Assembly (NCBI RefSeq): GCF_006345805.1
Contig: NC_043008.1
Location: 7,998,001-8,062,000, forward strand
From: Octopus sinensis
Lineage: Eukaryota
Direction of reading: 5' to 3'
DNA length: 64,000 nucleotides
The position numbers were made by a program, and so were the translations under genes. Of this stretch, positions 53,500 through 64,000 are shown one piece after another; positions within the stretch are counted from its first letter, which is position 1; each line of letters opens with the position of its first letter. The notes below the pieces were generated by a model. That model had not been told where the DNA came from. It saw only the letters and a program-made list of their open reading frames with translations, and made no database searches.

Positions 53500-55207
53500 A
53501 AATATAAATATAATTATGTATATATATATATGTGTGTGTGTGTGTGTACCTATATACATACTGTCATACATACATATATACATACACACACGGAAATATA
53601 TATATCTGCATCTATATATGCAAACACTTCATTGATTTTTTTAAATCAATATCCTTTACATAAGTCAGGTTTTTTTCTTACACATATTTCCTGGCCTAAT
53701 TCGATTTTAATTCATTCTTTACATATCTGTCACGGTATACTGTTTTTATACAATTACATAACTCAACTCATTACATTCTTTTTTCTTTATTAAGATAAAT
53801 CCTAAAACATTGTTTCTGTGTTTATATGCGCATTTTTACTTCTTAAAACTTGTATTTAATCTCCTGATTTACTTTTACCAGTTATTTGATTGTATTTTTA
53901 TTGAGCATTATATTTTAAACATACTTCATATTTTATACGGAATGTTTGCTTATAAAATCTTATGTTATTTGTGAATATTAATGCCGTAATATCTGCCATT
54001 TTTTTCCTTTTTTTCCTGTAGATAAATTTTATTATTGTCATAATGGTGATTTATTGTCACATTAACATCGAACCGTTTTCAGTAAATTATTCTTGCTCGT
54101 ATTTATACTGGCGTTAATGATAAATAGCAATGAAAATGGTAAATTATTGTTCCATGATGACTACTTCGTCTACTCAATAAAACGATTCGTCTTCATCTAC
54201 TGACTCGCGAGAATATAGGTGCCACATCTTCTTATCTCAATACAGTCCAAGCAGCGATCATAAAAAGTATTTCTCCAATATTTCTTAACACATTGTGCTA
54301 TAGCTTGTCACTACGATCGTCATTAACTGAGCCATTAAATACTGAGCTAGTAGCTATTGTTTTCGTAATCAGAAATGATTATACAAATATACATAGAATT
54401 ATTTCACAAAGCACATGCCTTATGATCACTATTTTCTGTAAAGTACGAGAAAACCTGATATGATAATGATATATCCACAATATATTCAGTTTATTATAGA
54501 AAGCTTCGAGGTTATGCAACAAACAAAACGGCCCAGATTTATGATGACAAATAAACTTAATATTGGATTTTAAAAATATTAGAAATATTAATCAGAAGCT
54601 ATTGCATAACATGCAGTATCTTTAATTTCAGAGATCACGTGCAGTAAATATTGTCAAATAATTGATAAAACGAACGCAATGCTTTCGTCCTTATTTTTGT
54701 TGAGATTGGTCTTCTTTGAACCTAAATTAATGAAAATGGTTACCGCCATGAGAATAATGATATCAAGATCCTTCCAAGGCGAGTTAGATAACGTTTTCTA
54801 TTGCGGAATTAAACTTTTCATAAGGATTCATCTGTTAAGAAGACTAATTTGCAATGAAGACTTACAAATATTTGTAGAACCTAACGCTGTTATAGAGGGC
54901 GCATATAAGGACATTAAAGATCACACTGGCGCAACGTTCAGTGATACGTGTGTGTACCCAGTCACGTGACAAATACTCAAGACTAACTTTCACTGGATAC
55001 TTTCTACACATGCTATATTAGTTAGGTATGTACTCTTTATTTTACAGTGGAAACTCTTTTACACAAAGACATGTGGATGTACGAGTATGCAGGTATGGAT
55101 ATGTATGAATAAATATGTGTCTGTATGCAAGTGTACTTGAATGTATAGATTAAAGCGTTTGACAGTGTGTATCTAAATTTATAACTACACTATGCTTACA
55201 TTTTGCC

Positions 55208-55450
55208 TTTATTCTTTTACTTGTTTCAGCCATTTGACTGCAGCCATGCTGGAGCACCGCCTTTAGTCGAGCAAATCGACCCCAGGACCTATCATTTGTA
55301 AGCCTAGTACTTATTCTATCGGTCTCTTTTTCCCGAACCGCTACGTTACAGGGACGTAAACACACCAGCATCGGTTTTCAAGCGATGTTGTGAAGACGGG
55401 GGCAAACACAGACACAGAAACATAAATATACACATACACACATACATACA

Positions 55451-55499
<49 letters not shown>

Positions 55500-55659
55500 G
55501 GCGGGCTTCTATCAGTTTCCGTCTACCAAATCCACTCACAAGGCTTTGGTCGACCCGATGCTATAGTACAAGGCACTTGCCCAAGGTACCATGCAGTGGT
55601 AATGAACCCGGAACCATGTGGTTGGTAAGCAAGCTACTTACCACACAACCACTCCTGCA
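55208..55659 (-). mobile_element. CORE-type SINE S2, full length
   Basis: Collinear with 42961-43420. Confidence 0.88.
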
Positions 55660-56740
55660 CTTACATGTGAACATGTGTCTTCAAGTATGCATAATGTTAT
55701 GCATGGATGTAGAATGAGTACAAAATATTAAACACTATTCATACAATGGCTAAACTTCACGATGTATTTCTTCATATACGGAGGCGTTGATGTACAAACA
55801 CCTTGTTTTCGAACTTAGGATTTTTTTTTTCGCTGAAGTGCGCCTGTAAGTTCCCTCAGAAATTATGAAGTCCGATGAGGTAACTTACTACCGATCATGT
55901 ACGAATTGTATGAACTTCCATTTCCGGACCTATATAAAAGGATGCAACGCTGTAAAACAGCTATCGTATACTGTGCTTATATTTTATCCTATTATATACT
56001 GTGATTCTAGCAATAAAAGCGTGAACCTTTAAAGAAATAACCCGTTTCATTTTGTGAATCTGTTTATGATTACATTCATTGGTGTCTATGTCATCTTCCA
56101 CTTCCCACTCTATGCATTACGCATGACAATTGGAAACATTGCTAGCGTAAGTTCTTTTAATATTCCATTCTAATTTTGCAGGTGCTATTACACAAATTGC
56201 GCGTGTTAGAAGTGTTGTGTGTTTAAAATTTTCTATTGTATGCTTGTATATTGTTTACGACAACTAAATTTCATTTTGTTTGCGGTATTTCGTTTCTTAT
56301 TTTTTTAGAGTGTAGGGCTTTTGGGTTTCCTTCAGAATCAAAATATGTTCTAAATTAGAGAATGGCGGTAGTACAATTGAATGCATCATTAAATTATCAA
56401 GACAGAAAATTTAAAGCTATAAAGATGCGAAGAAAAATTAGCAATAATTAGCAAGCTAATTAGCACTGGGACTATTGAAGCTAAAATAGGTTGTAACCGT
56501 GCTATGGATGAGTCCATATTACAATATTATTGAAAACACACATTTCTATTAATGAGAATGAAATGCTTCTACGGCATTGAACTCCCAAGCAACGAGATGC
56601 AGAAGTGCTTCGAGAATCGAGTCGGAACGAAATTTCTCAATTTCGATCAAAAATCAAAATCATAATCGCTTTGATGTCAGTAAAATGGCTGCAAAAACGA
56701 GGGGTTTTTTTTCTTCTACGAGTTAAATTATAATAATGGA

Positions 56741-56939
56741 TTTGGTTTCAAATTTTAGAATAAGTATCCAGTTTTAGGAAGGGAGACTTAGCCGAATACA
56801 GCGATGGCAGAAATTGATATTTCATCGACCAGGAAAGGGTAAACGGCAATGGTGACCAAAGTAGCATCTGAACGGATTATGAAAAGACGGAAGGAATGCC
56901 TTTAAGTATTTTCTCTGAAGCACTGCCATTTCGCAGCCT

Positions 56940-56943
<4 letters not shown>
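56741..56943 (-). mobile_element. Very old S1 SINE
   Basis: ttggtttcaaatttt tail, ttcatcgacc, gaatgcctttaagtattt. Confidence 0.5.
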
Positions 56944-56987
<44 letters not shown>

Positions 56988-58529
56988 TAATATTAATAAT
57001 GATGATGATGATATGATGATGATGATGATGATAAATGTCCTGATGCGGTATCAGACAGTGGCTCTCATGGCTTCTGATCTTAGCTGATTGGAAGTGTTAT
57101 CATGTACATTGTTTTGTCTTGGTATAAAAGAAGGGCTACATATATATATATGTATATATATATGTGTGTGTGTAATTATTGATGGAACGCGACTGATTTT
57201 GAAACCAATTTCAGAATAAATTTTATTTACCGAAAAAGAAAATATTGATTCGGACCTTTTCAAATATTCGGCTGACAGAAATATAACACTTGTAATATTC
57301 TTCATGATTTTTAAATGGAACTGCAATTTGAATTATGAAAATACACAATCAATTTTTGACATTTTTGATCAGCGTTAACATATATAATGTATTGGCAAAT
57401 CTTACTGATGTATTGCATTGATGCAACTTCCAGGAATTCGAGAATTATTTGGAAGATTTCTAATTCCAATAATTTGTGTTGGATGCGAGGCTGTAGTTGG
57501 AGGATCTGCCGTAGAAATCACAAACATTTATTCACAACTGGGGACAACTGAAAAAGACAGCAGGAATAATTCTCATTGTGTAGACATTATTAATGAAGAT
57601 ATTTGCAGATAATTTACTGGCGTAGACAGAATGAGGATGAAGACCACAACAGAAAAGCTAAAACTGAAGCCCAGCAACTGCCGTTTAATCAAAACCATTT
57701 TTCATTCATTGATATTGATCATGGTACACTTTCTGTGTGTATCTTAAAATATAGAAAATTTAGTAATTTTCATAGTCTAGACATCAATTGACTATTTGAA
57801 ATATATTTATATATTCGTATATTAATGTTCAAATACTGCGGTGAGATATTCTGACGCGCATTATTTATCTGTGTTAAATCAGTAGACGGTGACTATGTAA
57901 CAGATGATCACATTGAATCTTGTTAGCATATATTCACTTCTATAAATCTGATTTATATTTGGTGGGTATTTTGCAGGCCCGTCCGACTATGTCCATTAAT
58001 GGAGACAAATATATAAAATGGTTTAATATAAATTTCAAGATTGCCATTTGACTGGACATGCAATGCTGTTTCCCATGTCTTTGCGCTTATATCATTGAAT
58101 TGTTGAAGGTTTACATATGTGAAAATTGACACATAAATAAATATTTTATTGGAAATATATTAACTGCGAGGAGGAGAAGACAAACAGGCTAATATTATAT
58201 CTATGCATGTTTGTAATACAGTAGCATAGACTATATTTTACACAATGTTAATATGACCTTATACACAGAAAATGTGTTTGATATATTAAGAAAGAAGAAA
58301 CTATAAGTAAACGCAACTTGCGATAATCTATTTCCAGATAACTTGATCTCTTTTCTTTCATTCTTCAATATTGATAGCATTTCAATAATGGATTTACATT
58401 CGTAGGAATAAGTTTGTTACATCCCTGTTATTGTTAAATATATGCGCCATTATTTTGTAACCCATATGAAAAAAAAATCTCTTGATGTCAATATTTGTAA
58501 AGAATGTAATGAGCAGGAATGAGAGGGTG

Positions 58530-60060
58530 ATGCTGACGGGGATAATATAATTGATGATAACACTTAGCTCTATGATATAACATAGCTTTCCAATGCTGAT
58601 GCATAACAAGGAGATAGCAAAATTTCCATTCATATTAAGTTTATTGCTCTCAACAATATTTCATAAAACTCTCTAGAAAAACAAGATTCTTTTCACCATT
58701 ACTACCTTCTTATTAATAGATACGAAAATTCAGGAGAGAGAAAATTTGATATAAGCTCTTTCTTCTAAATTTACACATTTTATTCAACACAACCAGAAGT
58801 GAGGGAGGTTTCTTGCACAACGTCAAGCAAAGGGTATAAGTGATAAGTAATTCAAGAGGTTAGCGACTCATGACATAGAAGGAGAATGAGGAGATCCGTC
58901 TAAAATTATTTTTCCTCTTCATTTTTCATGGACAACTACTGCTGAACAATTCAGTTCACTTGAAGCGCATCTTGAAATAACTTCTTTGTTCTCTGAAAGG
59001 TAAAAAGAGGCTAAATACTTAAGATTCAGCCGCATCCTTCAAAGAACACTGGAAGGAATTGTCACGGACCTTCGATAGATCTAGGCGTCTGTCATCTATA
59101 AAATCCCGACTCATTTTAAAAGAAAATACTTTTATTTTCATATTTAGTTCCATCAATATGTTAGGTTTTTCTCAATGATGTTACTTTGAGATTTTTCGTA
59201 AGTTGTTGTCTATATTATTCACAAAAGTATGATATATGCTCAGAGGCTTCTAAACAATCTGGTTCCGCTGCAGTGTTGTGCCATATAACAGAATGAACTA
59301 TGAAGCAACATTCTAATAACATCACACATAACCTACTTTAACTGGATTGTGCTAGCTAAGTTTATTTTTGTTTCTTTATCTTATATTTCTCGAACAGTGT
59401 GCACTAGATATCGGTTGGCAGACTATTAGATTATTCAAGATAAAAAGCAGAGACTTTTTACACATTACACCTTTGGATACAATTGAAAGGTTCTTCACAA
59501 AACTTTGTCAAGATGCAAATCACATCAAAGCAATAACAGAAATTTCTTTTGTTTGTATCAAAGATCGCAAAATTTTGATCTGCTCTATGTGCACTTTACT
59601 GAATATACTATGCTTTTATCAGGGATTATCCCACATAAAGATGTACCGACATCTCTCTTCAATGCATATTTATCAAATCTTATTATCAAATTAATCTGAT
59701 TATTCATTTAGTATTTGAAGACGCTCGCATTCTCTGGTCCAGTCAAAACAGAAACCAACACATACGAATAAGGCTTCAAACATAAAACACAATATTCTGT
59801 CTATTTTTCTTTTGTTGGTCAACTCAGGCATAAATGATTTAGTTGCGGTTATCAATTTTTCAATCTTTTGTCACAATACTGAAAATTGTGGTAGATCATT
59901 GAAACGAGTAAATAATTCGATTAATCCTAATTGTGCGAAGTTATTCCATTAATCCTTCTTTGAAAACCCTTTACCAATATGCTGCAGAAGACTTAGTTAT
60001 ATGTGTTATAGGAAATCTTTTTAGGAGTGTTATGCACCTATAACATTTGAAAGTTATCAT
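58530..60060 (-). pseudogene. Possible highly decayed hAT transposase
   Basis: Minus-strand order HIG (~59990), LKRDVGT (~59665, cf. L..DV.TRW) and AIS..ASALES (~58610, cf. AIP.S.ASES). Each match is weak. Confidence 0.3.
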
Positions 60061-60543
60061 TTCTGCTGTGTGCTACGAAACATTCTCCGATTGAATACCC
60101 GCAAGACCACACGTGGTGTAAACATGCACAAGAAAAGAAATGCTAGATCTCGGCATACGGAAAAAGAAATATTTATGCTTAGTGGTTACATTGATACCTG
60201 ATGCGTTAACAAATTATTGGTGGTAAGGAAAGAAGAGACAAGCATACATCAAACCCCTGGGAGCGCAAGCTATCGCATAATTTTAGTAAGGTTATAAAAC
60301 CCTGAGAGGTGAGAGGATATGTGTTGGTGTATGTAAGAAGCTGACTTCATGCCGCTCAGTTAAGGGATCCTTTCTAGGACTTCCATACAAATAGTAGAGG
60401 TACAATGTGCATTCCAGTTTCAGAATTTTTTAGAAGTGGCAGCTATATCTGTCCTAGTTTATTGTGAGTTTAGTAAATTATCATCTATTTAGCTGAATGA
60501 CCAACTATAATTTATTGAAGAAGGAAGGAGACAACTATAACAA

Positions 60544-60603
60544 CTCTTTGAACACACTCTCTTTGAACACACTCTCTTTGAACACACTCTCTTTGAACAC
60601 ACT
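60544..60603 (+). repeat. Perfect 15-bp x4 tandem repeat (ctctttgaacacact)
   Basis: Directly visible. Confidence 0.97.
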
Positions 60604-60669
60604 GGTTGTCACAGCTGGTTCGTTTGTAGAACAGGTCAGGACATGGTGACAGTTTTGGTAGCTCACTAT

Positions 60670-60825
60670 TCAATAAAGTTTTGTACTGATTTTTGGCAAA
60701 ACATTATAGAAACTTATGAAATGCTTCACATGTATTTACTTCTATGAGCACAGCATCTGCTTTTCGTGGGCTGAAGAGGTTCAAGAACGGTAAATGGAAG
60801 GTCAGACACGGTGAGAGGTGGTAAT
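60670..60825 (+). pseudogene. Mariner transposase N-terminal HTH relic
   Basis: SIKFCTD..GK..IETYEML...MSTASAFRGLKRFKNGKWKVRHGER, with frameshifts. Confidence 0.65.
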
Positions 60826-61687
60826 GAGACTGGAAAGTCTAAACAGTAGAAACGGTTTTAAAAAATCCATATTTTAAAAAATAAAAGACAGTTGTGTACG
60901 TATAAAGACAATAAGTGGAGAAAATAAGTAAGCAAAATGCAGATTATATATATAGGTGCATGTGTGATTTTGTGTGTGTGTGTGTTTGTGTGTTTGTGTG
61001 TAGGAAAGTAAATTGCTATAAAACCGCCCTCTAGATGCGAGAGCCGCACCACCCATTCTTTCAATCATTATCTTCGGTTATATTACGCAAGTCTCCTTGG
61101 CCTCTATTAAACAGTCGGTTCAGAATTAATGGATACTCGGATACTATTTCTATCCAGAGGAGCGACTGTGTAGAAGTCTGATGAGGATGAGTGCAGTAAC
61201 GGGGTTTTGGCTATATATGCGATCATATATTATCAAAGAAGTTTTAATTCTAAGCAAATTTTTTAGATATAGTCCATTAAATTTTTGTGGCCATATGATA
61301 CGATTTTTTGTCGTTTTTATTCAGTTTTCAACACTAAAAATAAATTAAATTAAATAGCACAGGGTTCTACAAATTCCGTTGACAGATTTTGTTACCCTCC
61401 TTTACATTCTGTGACCTGCTTTTGGCGATGTCAATCTTCCGTTAAAATTTCATGTAGTTCACAAACCACACAAGAACGAGTCTCAACATGGCCACATTGA
61501 GACATCGTGAAACACCTATAAAATGAACCTAGGCACATATCAAACCGTAGAATATCAAGAATAACAGAACATTTTCCTTGTTCAACAGAAAATATCCACG
61601 AGCCAAGAAGTGTCTGTGCTTATGTTGAAATTGGTATTTTTTGTCTTTGCAACGGATATTATCGTAGTAATTATATATATATATATA

Positions 61688-62034
61688 CGAGTAAAACGCT
61701 CCCCGTCCAATGGGCGGTGCACAGTTGTCAAACATTTAAACCAAATTTTCTCAAAATAACTTGTCCGACCGTTCCATTTTGTGGCATTATTTCAAGGCAG
61801 CCGGCATTTTTTGCGCAAACTGCACGTGCATTTTCCTCGCGTACGCGTAATATCGATCGCAATAGCTGATGTACTTGCGAGTACAGATGCACGTTCCCAC
61901 GACTTTATCGATCGCAATCTCACCTGGAATCGATTTTTGTAATGTTTTCAAGACTTATACACACCCTGATACCGTCGGTATCTACGTATCAAATTTGAAC
62001 GCAATCGGATGGAGGATACCCAAGATCCCAGAAG

Positions 62035-62068
<34 letters not shown>

Positions 62069-62086
62069 CGGATGTTATATAATAGA
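61688..62086 (-). mobile_element. Non-autonomous Helitron-like element (family H2) with 5' (GT)n
   Basis: Minus strand reads TCTATTATATAAC-(GT)n-...ccgattgcgttcaaatttg...GC-rich hairpin-like ccgcccattggacgg-...CTCG|T (variant of CTAG). Confidence 0.6.
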
Positions 62087-63271
62087 ATATATACATATGT
62101 ATAAGCATAATATCTTACTTTCTAAACAAATTAGACAATACGTTAGTGAAGTGCATGACGCAACAAAATTCGTGTTTTATTGCATTTACACATGTAATAC
62201 CAATACGGTTCCATCATACCAATATGCGCATATATATACATGGATGTATGCATATTAACAGACACCAAAACACATACTCACATGCATACCCATGCACGAA
62301 CACAGGCACTCACATGCGCATGCATATATGAAGTTGCAAGAGAGAGAAGGAAAAGATAGGGTCTATAATGTAAAAATAGACGGAAAATAAGCGAAAATCT
62401 AGCAGAAATATTTCCTTCCATATGTATGTGGGAGTATCCATTTTTATACGAATAAGTATCCGCGTGAATGTGTGTATGACTGAAAAAGCCGTTCCCACTT
62501 TGCTTTCTATTGCAAATAACTCAATTTTAAAATGAAAAGATCGAGAGAAGTCTATTATATGTTGCTGTTTTTCTATTTTTGCAATAAAATTATTCCATGG
62601 CGACATCTAATGCTTTCAGCTAAATGCATCCTTCAAAATAAAATTTTGCTATCAACATTTCCTAAACGTTAAAAAACTATACATATCGTAAATATTACAG
62701 AGTATAAATCCAATGATTGATATTTAAAAACATAAATAAAAGCTACAATTACATTAAATCAGAGTACAGTAACAAACTTTTCATGCAAAGCCCTGTTCTC
62801 TAAGAACGTAAGGAATTTTGTTGTTATGCATTTAGAAATTTGTGGTCTTATATTCGGAATTTCAATAACTTTAAATCTAATAAAACTTTCTTTGTCAGAA
62901 ACGGAACACAGATGGAGATAATATGAATTCCTTTTAACTAATTTCCTTTACCGTAGATCTTATTGTATCCATGTTAGTAATGTATTCAGAAATTGTTTTT
63001 CACTGTATATGTGTTCTCAGTGAAAATTATTAGATATCACACAGAATTGCTTTCTTCTTCTTCTCTTTTTCATTACTTGCGCTTTTGAGGAATTGCGCGC
63101 TAAATGCTACTCTTTACAAATTTATATCAGAGCCATTTGTTTATGCCAACCCAGACTTTTATCTGAATATTCCAATGATAAAAATCTAATTTAAAATATG
63201 AGAAGAGATTGATGGGTTGAAACTTTGTAAGTGTATGTAACATTTTTCGTGGGAAAAAATACGTGTATGAA

Positions 63272-63343
<72 letters not shown>

Positions 63344-63414
63344 TTATATACATATATATATACATGCATGCATACAAACATATAGTTAGAGATAGACGGA
63401 CAGAGAGATAGATA

Positions 63415-63478
<64 letters not shown>

Positions 63479-64000
63479 TAGTCGGATATATATATATATG
63501 CCAAATGTTTAAGGCTTTCGTTACATTTTAAGACGGCATAATCATTTTATATTCTAAAATTTGAAATATTAATTTAATTTCGATATAATCTATTTGTTTC
63601 GATGTAACATGTTTTAAAGTCCTATTGTGCCAAGCATGTTTCATAAATTCAATCGAAGAAAACTTTGATGAAATCTTGTGAAATTTACAGATTCCAGTCT
63701 GTGGAAGGGAGATGAATAATTTAGAGGTATCATTGTAGACATTTTTCAGCTGACTAAATTGAATGGGAAGCCGTCAGAGGAGGATTTCAAGTAATTAATC
63801 AATGATTAATGATCCGTTTCTTATTTGAATTGGTGACTGAAATCACTACAAGAAATCAATAATAAAAATAAAAACCTACCTATTTTTTTTTGTTTAATCA
63901 CTCGTTCCTATATTTTCACACATGTTTACCAAATAATATTATTATGGCAATTTTTCTTATTAATTATAAATATATAAAAGCACTATTTTAGATAAAATGA

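Noticed and set aside
57418-57791. Short ORFs as host exons (also 14762-14953, 54679-54969, 59368-59694)
   Set aside because: No recognisable homology or consistent splice signals; probably old TE debris.
60544-60603. CRISPR-like array
   Set aside because: No spacers; simple tandem repeat in eukaryotic DNA.

Overview
AT-rich, repeat-saturated eukaryotic DNA. The SINE repertoire and the (TA)n/(TAA)n/(GATA)n load suggest an octopod cephalopod (Octopus), but this is an inference. I found no convincing host protein-coding exon, and most of the ORF track is microsatellite translation. Recognisable content: three abundant tRNA-derived SINE families, three non-autonomous Helitrons, mariner/pogo/hAT relics, an RTE 3' end, R4/Dong-like RLE LINE pieces sitting in (TAA)n, and three Penelope-like (PLE) GIY-YIG fragments. 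The most notable signal is a set of type I hammerhead ribozyme (HHR) motifs from several sequence families, often inside fold-back structures. The best example is 8639-10421, a head-to-head dimer of an element built as tRNA-like Pol III head + (TAA)n + HHR tail, with two R4/Dong 3' ends nested in one arm. A second is an intact-core HHR with a long stem II (37051-37156, minus strand) bracketed by ~67-bp inverted repeats. All alignments and folds were done by eye, so boundaries are approximate.
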